Below are positions 38,503-48,378 of a stretch of 64,000 bases of DNA, piece after piece. Positions within the stretch are counted from its first letter, which is position 1; the number at the start of each line of letters is the position of its first letter. Made by a program: the position numbers and the translations under genes. The DNA comes from an uncultured beta proteobacterium (GTDB lineage: Bacteria; Pseudomonadota; Gammaproteobacteria; Burkholderiales; SG8-41): positions 24,415-88,414 of the forward strand of contig CAITMU010000108.1 of assembly GCA_903893565.1 (NCBI GenBank). The letters are read 5' to 3'. The notes below the pieces were generated by a model that was not told the DNA's origin, made no database searches, and was given only the letters and a program-made list of their open reading frames with translations.

Positions 38503-39210
38503 TTACATTTTCTTAAATTCAAGAAAAGTTCCATTGCCGACACTATTGGGCTGAAAATGAAATCCATATCGGGACATCAATTGCTTCGCTTGCGAGAAAC
38601 TATACGTGCGGTAATGAATAGTTTGTGCCATCAACGTTTCTGAGGGTGAATGTAAATAATAATGCTTTGTAAAGCCTACTTCATTGGGTTCAATTCTTTG
38701 CGAATAGATCAAACCAGTAGAAATGGGTTTTTCATAATCAAAATGAGGCCCTTGTATTCCCAGTAACAATCTGCCTTCCCTACACACATGCGCCGCCAAG
38801 CGGTCAAACCCCGACTCATTATCTTCCCCTTTTGCTAAGTGACTGACTAAAAGGGGCTCTTGATCGCCATCAATGACAAAGTACCATACCCCACCGTAAG
38901 AAAAAACACATTCAAACTGGTTTTGTAAAGAAAAATCGGTAATATTTTGAAGGCTCAAATTAACCTGAGAAAAGCTTTCTAAACGTTTTTGGGCAATATT
39001 GAGCATTGCTTGCGTTAAGTCCATGCCAGTGAGTGAGATAGCCGGATTTCGTTTGGCAATCTCTTCCAGAATGAGACCAGTACCGCAGCCAATTTCCAAT
39101 ATATTGGCACTCGGTTGATTCAAAATGCCATCCACTATTTTTTTGTAGTCATAATAGCCCGAGGTCATTATGACGTCATAGTATGTGGACATGCTCGTAT
39201 AGTCGCCCAT
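38503..39210 (-). CDS. class I SAM-dependent methyltransferase
   Basis: 235 aa with motif I (ILEIGCGTGL) and a post-I acidic residue (GMDL). The gene is AT-rich by eye. Confidence 0.8.
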   Translation of the reverse strand: MGDYTSMSTYYDVIMTSGYYDYKKIVDGILNQPSANILEIGCGTGLILEEIAKRNPAISLTGMDLTQAMLNIAQKRLESFSQVNLSLQNITDFSLQNQFECVFSYGGVWYFVIDGDQEPLLVSHLAKGEDNESGFDRLAAHVCREGRLLLGIQGPHFDYEKPISTGLIYSQRIEPNEVGFTKHYYLHSPSETLMAQTIHYRTYSFSQAKQLMSRYGFHFQPNSVGNGTFLEFKKM

Positions 39211-39840
39211 GAAAACCTTCTTTTTTAGGTTCGTTTATTAGACCTTCATCTTGTAAGGCAAGGGCATCCTCTGAACACGTCGCCGAGAAATTTGGATCGT
39301 TAATCAAGACTCCCCTCTCCCCCCCACATACTACTGACAGTCGGCCAAGGTGATCGTTATAACGACCACCTGAGCTCAGTAAAGGATATTTAATGTTTAA
39401 TTCTTCTAACTATAAGGGATTTATAAACATTTTATACCATCCCTTTGTACTCAGCCAATCCACCCGTGGCGAATATAGACAGTTAGGGGGAGTCACGGTT
39501 TTGTTGTCGTTTCCCCAAATAAGATAGTTTTTTGAATCCCACATCCACTCTTGAGACTCTGCGCATGACATTTGGCCTTGAAATTAAGGGCCTTATCTAT
39601 CGAAAAAATACGATACTTTGTGCTTCATCGAATCGTCAGCGATACGTTGGACTGTTCTCTCAGCGTCTGATCAATCTTTGAAAGACAAACGCATGAAGTC
39701 AATATCAGTATCTTCACTAGGGTCATTGTAGCGGGTGCTATTTCCCATCGATGGCCGTGTCTTTTTAGAACAACGGGGTTGGGTTATTTCAACTTGCTCG
39801 GACACTACCCTGAAAAACACCGTGACCCATGGTATTTATA

Positions 39841-40509
39841 TTAAAAACGATAACCAAAACCAATGTGGAAGGTGGATGGATTGGAGGGGTTAAATAATTT
39901 ATTAGTCGGTAGGCTCGCATCGACAGCATTTTTCGAATAACTATATTCTGCAAAACCATAGACGTCGTTTTTATAAAAATGCTTGTAACCTAAACCATAA
40001 AATCTTGAGCCACTTTTTGCACCCGTCCAAAATGAATTCGCCTCTAACGAACTGGCTGTATTATTCGATCTCGTATACCCAAGCTTTAAATAAGCCATAC
40101 CCGATGCATTCATCGTATAACTCGGGGTCAAGAGCATTTGGTAATGAGCGTTATTCTGTTCATGGGTGTAGGCATTAGCAGTACAGGAAAGACAGTGGGG
40201 ATAAGCCGTGGTTGCGCCTAAATGATAATTCACCTGAAATTGGGTAAACCATTTGTCTGCCCATTCCAACCCATAAGACAAAGCCCAATTCATCGAGGGG
40301 CGCGCAGGGGTTGAATTCACCATCGAGAACTGTGTGGACTGCGTGCTAATGACCGGGGAGGACAAATGAGTCAATTCAAGACCACTTTTGTATAACGCGA
40401 GGCTTGCCTCTGTCGCCTTTAAACCATTCCATAGGCCAAACCCCTCTTGCGCGCTGACTTGAGCAACTAAAAGGAACCCTGCGAGCAAAAGGAAAGGATA
40501 TTTTTTCAC
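39841..40509 (-). CDS. small outer-membrane beta-barrel protein
   Basis: It has a signal peptide (MKKYPFLLLAGFLLVAQVSAQE), alternating aromatic/hydrophilic strands and a C-terminal ...IGFGYRF ending in Phe. Confidence 0.7.
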   Translation of the reverse strand: MKKYPFLLLAGFLLVAQVSAQEGFGLWNGLKATEASLALYKSGLELTHLSSPVISTQSTQFSMVNSTPARPSMNWALSYGLEWADKWFTQFQVNYHLGATTAYPHCLSCTANAYTHEQNNAHYQMLLTPSYTMNASGMAYLKLGYTRSNNTASSLEANSFWTGAKSGSRFYGLGYKHFYKNDVYGFAEYSYSKNAVDASLPTNKLFNPSNPSTFHIGFGYRF

Positions 40510-40852
40510 GGAAAAATTTAAAGAATTAGAGTTAGTTCGGGTATTTTACGTAAAATTACTTAATAAATACCCTAGTAGTCCGCAAAATGGGCTATTTTGA
40601 TCAGGATTGTGCAAAAAACAACACTATCGTTCAGTTAATCGGCAAGCAATACCATTGATCCCCAAGCTGAACCCTTCTGCTTTTGAATATGCCATCGCAT
40701 TTTATTACTTTTTATGGCGGCGAAAACCCTATCCATCTTTTAAAGATCGCCCCCCGATAGACCCTAGGCAAGTGGTTGAAGAGCCTCCGAGATAACACGA
40801 CTCTCCGACCGCAGACCTCATCAGTTCGGTCCCCAAACCCAATGATACGAGA

Positions 40853-41698
40853 TTAAGTGTTCTTGGCTTTAGGTAAGCTCACTACAGTATCTGCTAGATT
40901 TTTAGGTAAAAAACGATTTAAAAAACGGATGAAATCGGGGTACGAAGCCATACAAAGGCCGCGCTCGGCTAGTAATTGAAAATCACTTGGTTCTGGCAAC
41001 CGATAATAACGGTTCAATTGAGGATCCTGCCGATTTAATGTCAGGCTTTGGCCTGCTTCCAATTGAGCCAAAAGCTCGATTAAACTTTGCAAACCTAATT
41101 GATATAAATCACTGATGTGGGAAAAAACACTTCGTTGCGGCTCTGCCAATCGATAGGACACCGAATATATTGGCCCTGTATCTATACCCTCATCCACTTT
41201 ATGCAAAGTGCAACCCAAGCGAGACTCCCCATTTAAAAGAGCACGCATAGGAGCATACAAACCGCCATAGCCCGGCAAGGCCCCAGGATGAATATTAAAT
41301 ATTCCCCACCTGGGTATCTGCAAATGCTCGGATTTGAAAATAAGGCTAAATCGTGCGGAAACAATCACATCTGGGCCCCATTGACGTAATGCTTGGGTCG
41401 GCTGAGGATCCTTAAACGAATTTAAGATCGTCGCTTCATATTCGTACTTCAACTCCAGGGCCTTGAAAGTTAACCATTCACCACTTAACTGGGTAGCATC
41501 CAGTAACGGAAAAATAGTTTGCAACGGCAAGTCTCGCTCAAGAAACTTTTCTTCTGCCAAAGGGGCGACCATATTTTCTGCAGGCCTCGTCTTGTCTGAA
41601 AGCCACACTCGAACCTCATGGCCCTTCAATCGAGGCATAATCCAATTTAGAATAAAAGCACCGAATAAATCATTTTTTGTGCAAAAAAGAATTTTCAT
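40853..41698 (-). CDS. formyltransferase-family protein (Fmt/ArnA N-terminal-domain-like)
   Basis: 281 aa. The catalytic-core pattern is NIHPGALPGYGG...GCTLHKVDEGIDTGPI. There is no obvious Fmt C-terminal tRNA-binding domain. Confidence 0.72.
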   Translation of the reverse strand: MKILFCTKNDLFGAFILNWIMPRLKGHEVRVWLSDKTRPAENMVAPLAEEKFLERDLPLQTIFPLLDATQLSGEWLTFKALELKYEYEATILNSFKDPQPTQALRQWGPDVIVSARFSLIFKSEHLQIPRWGIFNIHPGALPGYGGLYAPMRALLNGESRLGCTLHKVDEGIDTGPIYSVSYRLAEPQRSVFSHISDLYQLGLQSLIELLAQLEAGQSLTLNRQDPQLNRYYRLPEPSDFQLLAERGLCMASYPDFIRFLNRFLPKNLADTVVSLPKAKNT

Positions 41699-41866
41699 TT
41701 AAGCGTTTTAAAATCCTTGTTTTCTCGAATCAAGCAGTAAACCGCCTATTTTATCCGAAAACTCATCTGGAGCACGGCATTCCTTAACGGTTGATCGCAC
41801 TTAAAAACAGAAAGTCTGCCTACCTGCAACCCGATGGCTAAAAGTGATTGATACAAAGCGAACAGT

Positions 41867-41892
41867 AAAAAAGCGCCGAGTTGGGTCGCTTT
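41867..41892 (-). terminator. putative intrinsic terminator after the response-regulator gene
   Basis: On the minus strand, an imperfect stem AAGCGACC...CGGCGCTT is followed by TTTTTTAC. Confidence 0.4.
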
Positions 41893-42069
41893 GTGAAGGG
41901 TAAATCCTATAAAAAATCACTTAACGATATAACTTTCTCGATTTCAAAAGTAGTCCAAATGATCGCATTACTCCATGCTCATCGTTGCCAGCAACACTCA
42001 TATTACATTCACGCGGCCTTTGCATGCTAATTTACTTACGAAAAAATACGTGTCCTGCCTCATAAATGC

Positions 42070-42711
42070 TTATCCCTCAACAACCGAGCTCGTTTTTTCT
42101 CCCATACGCAATATATCAATAACATTGCGAGCCCCCAATTTTTCCATGATATGCGCTTTATGCACTTCAACCGTTCTATGACTGATACCGAGTTGTTCGC
42201 CTATTTCTTTGGCATGCAAGCCACGGGTCAAATACCCCACTACCTCTCGCTCCCTAGGAGACAAGAGCAAAAATTGTGACTCCCACTTTCGCTTCTCCGT
42301 CATTGATTTAATACGTTCTCGTTCTTTTTTAAAAGCATTTTCAACCGCATTGATCAATTGATTAAAATCAAAAGGCTTTTCCAAAAAATCCAAAGCACTG
42401 TTACGAAACGCCTGGCATGCAGAATTCACGTCCCCATGTCCTGTAATGATCACCACTGGCAATAGACAATCTCGCTTGATTAATTCATTTTGCAATTGCA
42501 AACCGCTGATGCCTGGCATTCGGATATCAGCCACGACACAGCCCACCCAACTATCCTCAGCGGCATTTAAAAAATCCTCCGCACTGGCAAATTGACGCAA
42601 CTGGTAACCACGCAAACTTAACGCAAGTGATATAGAGTCCCGAATCGCCGCATCGTCATCGACCACAAATACCGTTAGTAAATTAACCGCCTCATCTAGA
42701 ACTATGTTCAT
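42070..42711 (-). CDS. response regulator, FixJ/NarL (LuxR HTH) family
   Basis: The receiver domain has VVDDD...D.RMPG. The C-terminal LuxR-type HTH reads LSPREREV...G...KEIG..LGIS..TVE.H. Confidence 0.88.
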   Translation of the reverse strand: MNIVLDEAVNLLTVFVVDDDAAIRDSISLALSLRGYQLRQFASAEDFLNAAEDSWVGCVVADIRMPGISGLQLQNELIKRDCLLPVVIITGHGDVNSACQAFRNSALDFLEKPFDFNQLINAVENAFKKERERIKSMTEKRKWESQFLLLSPREREVVGYLTRGLHAKEIGEQLGISHRTVEVHKAHIMEKLGARNVIDILRMGEKTSSVVEG

Positions 42712-44399
42712 ATTTTCTTTCCTTCAAATAAACTCTGTGATTCATTGGCCAGCACATCACCAATGGGGAGTGTAAAACAAATATTACCCATCTGACCTGG
42801 GTTGGCCCATATTTTCCCACCATGCGCCGAAATAATAGCCCGACTGATGGCCAATCCCATTCCCATGCCATTAGATTTCGTGGATACAAATGAGTCAAAC
42901 ATTCGTTCCACATCTTCAGAACGAATCCCACTCCCATTGTCGGCGACCTCGATTCGTACTTCATTCGGCGAATCGGAATTGATTAAAACCGAGACCCATC
43001 CATCATCCTTATTTAATTGAGCAACACTTTCTATCGCATTTATTAATAGATTACGAAGCACGACCTCCATTTGAATGAGATCGACTAAGACAGCGGTTGT
43101 AGTGGGTAATTTTTTGAATTGCAAATCAACACCCGCCTCAGTCGCCTTAGATTTAACCGATAGGATCACTTGCATGACAAAATCGTTTATTTCAATCGCT
43201 TCCAAATAAATATCGCCTTGACGAAAAAAATCTCTTAATCGACGCACTACCGCCGCCGTTCTTTTTGTTTCATCCATTATTTTTTGCATAATACTATTTA
43301 GCTGCAATCGATCGACCTCGGGCATGGACGCAACCTGCTGCCCTGCTGAGGCGTAACCGGACAATGCGGTCAGGGGTTGATTAATCTCATGGGTGATCGC
43401 AGCAGATAATTCACCGGCTGCGGCTAACTTCAATGAATCTCGGAAATTATTGGTTGCTCGTCTTTGCTCATCAATGGATACCCCTAGCAATAACCCCGTT
43501 AACACCAGCGTCATCAACAGTAACTGAAGCTCAAACATCGATAAGGGTTGATAAGTGGCTATATGAAAAATGACAAAAATACCACATTGGATCAGCATTA
43601 ACGCGCTCACAGCACCTCTCAAACCAAAACACGTTGCCGTCCAAATCAAGGGCAAAAACAAGACGTAGAAATTGCGAATTCGGTCATCTTCTTCACTTAA
43701 AAAAATCCACCACAAACAAACAAAAATCGATATGACCTGTAACCAAAAGAGCCTTGAAAAAAATAATTGCTTGAATTCTCGGCATCGTTTATCACTGTGC
43801 AGCATCAATAAAAAGGGGGCTGCGACTAAAACGCCAACACTGTAGCCAATAAAAAAACGACGTACAGCGAAAAAATAGCGATCCATCGGGCCAATATTAT
43901 AAGTCACCAAAGTAAAAACGTAGGCTATCCCCATAAAAAGCATGCCGACTAAAGAAACGCCTATTAAGCGGGTGATGTTTTGACGCGTCTCAAGCTCAAT
44001 ATCAATGCGATATCGTCCGCAGAGCAATGAAGACATCAAACAAAATCCCGCCGCCAAAACGCCGCCATTAATAAGAATCAAACCCAAGGGCCGCACTTCA
44101 GTAGGCAAGGCAAACTCACCCCAAATCGCTGCCAAAAAAATGACGGGCCAGTAACGAATCCCCCCTAACATCAGTATGACCAAAGCAATCGCCGCCTCAG
44201 GATTAAACGGTGTAATACCAAAGCGAGACGGATTAACGTAGGTTATCCAGTCAAGAAATATATATAAAAGAAAGAAAAACACTACCCCCGACGGCCCGAG
44301 CTGCTTTTCCGGGCGAAGAGGAATGAAACGACGTAAAAACTTTAATGTGGGATTCAGATTCATGACCAAATTTTCCCATAAGTGGCCGTATTGATCCAT
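42708..44399 (-). CDS. sensor histidine kinase with MASE1-like membrane domain
   Basis: 563 aa. About 8 N-terminal TM segments show a MASE1-like pattern. The H-box is ITHEINQPLTAL, and N/G boxes (LLINAIES, DNGSGI, GMGMGL) are present. It overlaps the regulator gene by 4 nt. Confidence 0.85.
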   Translation of the reverse strand: MDQYGHLWENLVMNLNPTLKFLRRFIPLRPEKQLGPSGVVFFFLLYIFLDWITYVNPSRFGITPFNPEAAIALVILMLGGIRYWPVIFLAAIWGEFALPTEVRPLGLILINGGVLAAGFCLMSSLLCGRYRIDIELETRQNITRLIGVSLVGMLFMGIAYVFTLVTYNIGPMDRYFFAVRRFFIGYSVGVLVAAPFLLMLHSDKRCREFKQLFFSRLFWLQVISIFVCLWWIFLSEEDDRIRNFYVLFLPLIWTATCFGLRGAVSALMLIQCGIFVIFHIATYQPLSMFELQLLLMTLVLTGLLLGVSIDEQRRATNNFRDSLKLAAAGELSAAITHEINQPLTALSGYASAGQQVASMPEVDRLQLNSIMQKIMDETKRTAAVVRRLRDFFRQGDIYLEAIEINDFVMQVILSVKSKATEAGVDLQFKKLPTTTAVLVDLIQMEVVLRNLLINAIESVAQLNKDDGWVSVLINSDSPNEVRIEVADNGSGIRSEDVERMFDSFVSTKSNGMGMGLAISRAIISAHGGKIWANPGQMGNICFTLPIGDVLANESQSLFEGKKI

Positions 44400-44686
44400 G
44401 CCAATAGATCAAACGCCCCGTCCTTTATCGAGCATTGCATGCACCCCACCCCTGTGTTATTGTAAATGCTGATAAGATATTGCTTTTATTGATGAATTAT
44501 ACTTTTTCGCTTCACTCACTATACGCTATTAAAGCGCTTGCTGAGTCAGAGCACCCTTGGCACTATGCTGTCAAATACACTTCGCCCCTCAAAATACAAA
44601 AATTGCCAACAATATCATCAAGACTCCCCCCTTTTGTCTTCGTCTGTCCTTTCAAACACCGCAATTAACCTATAGAAAGCTAAGCC

Positions 44687-46039
44687 TTGGCCAAAGTCTA
44701 TATTAAGACCTTCGGCTGCCAAATGAACGAGTATGACTCGGACAAAATGGCAGATGTTTTACAAGCCTCTCACGGATTACAACCTACCGATGATCCCGCC
44801 GAGGCAGATGTCATTTTATTCAACACCTGTTCCGTCAGAGAAAAGGCCCAAGAAAAGGTCTTTCACGATCTAGGTCGGGTAAGAAAATTCAAGCGCAACA
44901 AACCCAATCTCATCATTGGCGTGGGCGGTTGTGTGGCGAGCCAAGAGGGCGCCTCCATTGTTAGTCGCGCCCCTTTTGTTGACTTGGTGTTTGGGCCCCA
45001 GACCCTCCACCGCTTACCCCAACTAATTGAAGCTCGCCGTCGAAGCGGCAAACCCCAAGTTGATATTTCATTTCCTGAGGTGGAAAAATTTGATCATCTT
45101 CCACCCGCCAAAGTCGAGGGCGTCAGCGCCTTTGTCTCCATTATGGAAGGCTGTAGTAAATACTGCACTTTTTGTGTCGTCCCTTACACAAGGGGCGAAG
45201 AAATCTCTCGCCCCTTGCAAGATGTTTTAGCAGAAATTGCTGAGTTAGCCCTTCAAGGTGTGCGCGAAGTGACTCTACTCGGACAAAATGTCAACGCGTA
45301 TCGGTTTACGCTCGAAGATGGGCAAAGGGTTGATTTTGCTCTGCTCATCGATTACGTCGCGGAGATTCCGGGCATTGAGCGCATTCGCTACACGACCTCT
45401 CACCCCAAAGAATTTACCCAACGCCTCATTGAGGCCTACGCCACCCAGCCCAAGTTGGTTAGTCAAGTCCATCTACCCGTACAATCCGGCTCAGATAGCG
45501 TGCTCGCCGCCATGAAACGCGGCTATACCGCGATTGAATACAAATCCATTATTCGACGGCTACGGGCGGTTCGCCCAGAAATCTCAATCTCCTCGGATTT
45601 CATCATTGGATTCCCCGGCGAAAGCGAAAAAGATTTTGAATCGACGATGAAACTCATTGAAGAGTTGAAGTTTGATGGCAGTTTTAATTTTGTCTACAGT
45701 CGCCGCCCGGGTACTCCTGCGGCCGATTTAAAAGACGATACGCCTAACGATGTTAAATTAGCTCGATTACAACGATTACAAAGCACCGTCGATGAGCAAC
45801 AACACCAATTTAGCCTTGCCATGGTCGGAACTCAACAGCGAGTATTAGTGACCGGGCACGCCAAACGCACCCCAACGGGACTTGAATTGGCTGGACGTAC
45901 TGATAACAATCGAGTCGTTAATTTCACGGGCCCTCAATCCCTCATCCATCAATTTGCACAAGTACGTATTACAGAAGCGTTACGCTACACTCTGCGTGGA
46001 ACTTGGGTAGAGGCCCCTCACATAGAGACTACTTCGTGA
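44687..46039 (+). CDS. miaB: tRNA-i6A37 methylthiotransferase
   Basis: It opens with [15 protein letters not shown] and has the radical-[14 protein letters not shown] motif and a TRAM C-terminus. TTG start. Confidence 0.93.
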   Translation: MAKVYIKTFGCQMNEYDSDKMADVLQASHGLQPTDDPAEADVILFNTCSVREKAQEKVFHDLGRVRKFKRNKPNLIIGVGGCVASQEGASIVSRAPFVDLVFGPQTLHRLPQLIEARRRSGKPQVDISFPEVEKFDHLPPAKVEGVSAFVSIMEGCSKYCTFCVVPYTRGEEISRPLQDVLAEIAELALQGVREVTLLGQNVNAYRFTLEDGQRVDFALLIDYVAEIPGIERIRYTTSHPKEFTQRLIEAYATQPKLVSQVHLPVQSGSDSVLAAMKRGYTAIEYKSIIRRLRAVRPEISISSDFIIGFPGESEKDFESTMKLIEELKFDGSFNFVYSRRPGTPAADLKDDTPNDVKLARLQRLQSTVDEQQHQFSLAMVGTQQRVLVTGHAKRTPTGLELAGRTDNNRVVNFTGPQSLIHQFAQVRITEALRYTLRGTWVEAPHIETTS

Positions 46040-47040
46040 AAAACTCTTCGATCGAAGTCCAATTCACCCCAGTCAATAATCAGCGACTAGCCAACCTGTG
46101 CGGTGCGCTCGATGAGAACTTACGACGCATTGAATCTAGTTGTGACATTGTTATCTCGCGGCGAAGCGGCTTATTTACCTTAATAGGCCCTACCCATAAA
46201 ACACAAATAGCGGCCCGCGTTTTAGAAACGTTCTATGGCTTAGCTATCCATCCGATAGAGCCCGAAGCACTCCAACTCGGACTGGTTCAGGCCGCTCATA
46301 CCCCCTCTACCACCTCTGCCACGGGAGAACCCGTATTACTGACTCGTCGCAACGACCTTCAAGGGCGCACCCCTCACCAGGTCGAATATCTAAAAAAAAT
46401 TCAGGAACATGATATTACTTTTGGTATTGGTCCTGCCGGTACTGGAAAAACCTATCTGGCCGTAGCGAGTGCGGTGGACGCTTTTGAAAGGGATTCGGTC
46501 AAACGCTTGGTCTTAGTTCGCCCCGCAGTCGAAGCCGGTGAGAGACTCGGCTTTTTACCAGGGGATATGGCACAAAAAGTGGACCCTTATCTTCGTCCGC
46601 TTTATGATGCTTTGTATGATTTGATGGGATATGACAAAGTCAGTAAAATGTTTGAGCGAGGCGCTATTGAAGTGGCTCCCTTGGCCTTTATGCGCGGCCG
46701 CACATTAAATCATGCTTTTGTTATCTTGGACGAAGCACAAAATACTACGCCGGAACAAATGAAAATGTTTTTGACCCGGATTGGCTTTGGTAGCCGTGTG
46801 GTGGTCACAGGAGATATCACTCAAATTGACCTCGCTCGAGGACAAAAAAGCGGTTTAATTGATGCACATGAAATCTTACAAAAAGTCAAAGGCATTGCGA
46901 TGACTTACTTTGGGAGCGAAGACGTGGTTCGACATCCATTAGTGCAGCGTATCGTTAACGCCTATGAACGGCGCACAAAAATGGCTGACAGCCCTAACGC
47001 CTCTGTCAAAACGGGCCTTGGACGACCCTCCTCTTCATAA
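46036..47040 (+). CDS. ybeZ: PhoH-like ATPase
   Basis: The Walker A motif is GPAGTGKT, and the PhoH core motifs LPGD...[11 protein letters not shown] and ILDEAQN are present. I prefer the GTG at 46036, which overlaps the miaB stop as GTGA. Confidence 0.88.
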   Translation: MKNSSIEVQFTPVNNQRLANLCGALDENLRRIESSCDIVISRRSGLFTLIGPTHKTQIAARVLETFYGLAIHPIEPEALQLGLVQAAHTPSTTSATGEPVLLTRRNDLQGRTPHQVEYLKKIQEHDITFGIGPAGTGKTYLAVASAVDAFERDSVKRLVLVRPAVEAGERLGFLPGDMAQKVDPYLRPLYDALYDLMGYDKVSKMFERGAIEVAPLAFMRGRTLNHAFVILDEAQNTTPEQMKMFLTRIGFGSRVVVTGDITQIDLARGQKSGLIDAHEILQKVKGIAMTYFGSEDVVRHPLVQRIVNAYERRTKMADSPNASVKTGLGRPSSS

Positions 47041-47078
47041 TTTTATCAATGATGAGATGAACCCTAGGATAGTCCATT

Positions 47079-47528
47079 ATGCCGTTAATTACTAAAAAAA
47101 ATACACTTCAATTGTGCGTTCAATACCAGCTGTCCTCAAAGCGTCAACCAACCCGCCCACAGTTTCGGCGATGGGCCCAGGTCGGCTTAAAAGACTCGGC
47201 TCAAGTGACGATTCGCTTAGTGGGACTTACCGAAGGTCGTCGCTTGAATTTGTGTTATCGAAAAAAAGATCGTCCTACCAATGTTTTAACTTTCGTATTA
47301 CAAGATCACTCACCGTTGATCGGCGATATAGTCTTGTGTGCTCCTCTTATCTTAAAAGAGGCTCAATTACAAAAAAAACGACTACTCCATCATTACGCCC
47401 ATTTAGTGATTCATGCGCTTTTACATTTACAAGGCTATGATCACCAAAATAATACGGATGCAAAAAAAATGGAAACCTTAGAAATTAAGCTTTTAGCCGG
47501 CTTGGGCATTGCCAATCCTTATGCATAA
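47079..47528 (+). CDS. ybeY: rRNA maturation endoribonuclease YbeY
   Basis: 149 aa with the zinc motif HALLHLQGYDH. Confidence 0.88.
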   Translation: MPLITKKNTLQLCVQYQLSSKRQPTRPQFRRWAQVGLKDSAQVTIRLVGLTEGRRLNLCYRKKDRPTNVLTFVLQDHSPLIGDIVLCAPLILKEAQLQKKRLLHHYAHLVIHALLHLQGYDHQNNTDAKKMETLEIKLLAGLGIANPYA

Positions 47529-47557
47529 CAATGCTCACTTAAAGATAGCCTGCCTTC

Positions 47558-48376
47558 ATGATCGTGAATAAAACATCACTAAGATCGCGTTTGCACTCCG
47601 TTTTATTACGCGACCCAGAAAACCGCGAACAGCTGATCCATGTCTTGCGCTCCAGTGCTCGGCGTCAGATTCTTGATGCGGATTGCCTAGAAATGATGGA
47701 AGGTGCCCTAGAAATATCCGCTATGCAGGCACGCGATATCATGGTGCCTCGCGTGCAAATGGACATCATTGACGCGGCTCAATCGCCCTCCCAGTTTATC
47801 CCGATGGTCATGGAGACCGCTCACTCCCGATTTCCTGTGATTTTAGAGCATAAGGATCACGTGATTGGGATCCTTATGGCCAAAGATTTGCTACGCTACT
47901 ATGCCAAAAAAGAAGAGTTTAACCTTCACGACATGCTACGGCCGGCGGTTTTTATCCCTGAATCAAAGCCGCTGAATATTTTATTAAAAGAATTTCGCAC
48001 TAACCGCAACCACATTGCCATCGTTGTTGACGAATATGGTGGCGTCGCCGGATTAGTCACCATTGAGGATGTATTGGAGCAAATTGTCGGTGATATTGAA
48101 GATGAACATGATGTGGGCGATATTGATGAGCAAATCGTTCCTCAGGCCGAAGGGCAATATCGGGTGAAGGCACTGACTCAGATCGCTGACTTTAATGCGT
48201 TTTTTAACACGCAATTTGATGATGCAATTTTTGATACCATTGGTGGCCTCGTCATGCATAAATTTGCTCATATCCCCAAGCGGGGCGAGCAAATCAGCAT
48301 GCATAACCTTACCTTCAAGGTCTTGCGAGCCGACGGGCGACGGCTCCACCTACTGCAAGTGCGTCAGGCGCCTTAA
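47558..48376 (+). CDS. corC: CorC/HlyC-family magnesium/cobalt efflux-associated protein (CBS pair plus CorC_HlyC)
   Basis: A CBS-pair region (ARDIMVPR...) is followed by VVDEYGG.AGLVT.EDVLE.IVG.I.DE. Confidence 0.88.
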   Translation: MIVNKTSLRSRLHSVLLRDPENREQLIHVLRSSARRQILDADCLEMMEGALEISAMQARDIMVPRVQMDIIDAAQSPSQFIPMVMETAHSRFPVILEHKDHVIGILMAKDLLRYYAKKEEFNLHDMLRPAVFIPESKPLNILLKEFRTNRNHIAIVVDEYGGVAGLVTIEDVLEQIVGDIEDEHDVGDIDEQIVPQAEGQYRVKALTQIADFNAFFNTQFDDAIFDTIGGLVMHKFAHIPKRGEQISMHNLTFKVLRADGRRLHLLQVRQAP

Positions 48377-48378
48377 CC

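Noticed and set aside
39290-39350. The GGGGGGAGAGGGGAG stretch (minus strand) upstream of the methyltransferase, considered as a glycine-riboswitch-like element.
   Set aside because: The conserved ACCGAAGG-type core I associate with glycine riboswitches is absent, and no convincing paired aptamer architecture is visible.
31440-44400. Calling the tRNA-adjacent accessory block an integrative genomic island.
   Set aside because: There is no integrase, recombinase or transposase gene, and I found no direct repeat of the tRNA 3' end by eye. The composition difference is only a visual impression. It is kept as a hypothesis within the findings, not as a feature.
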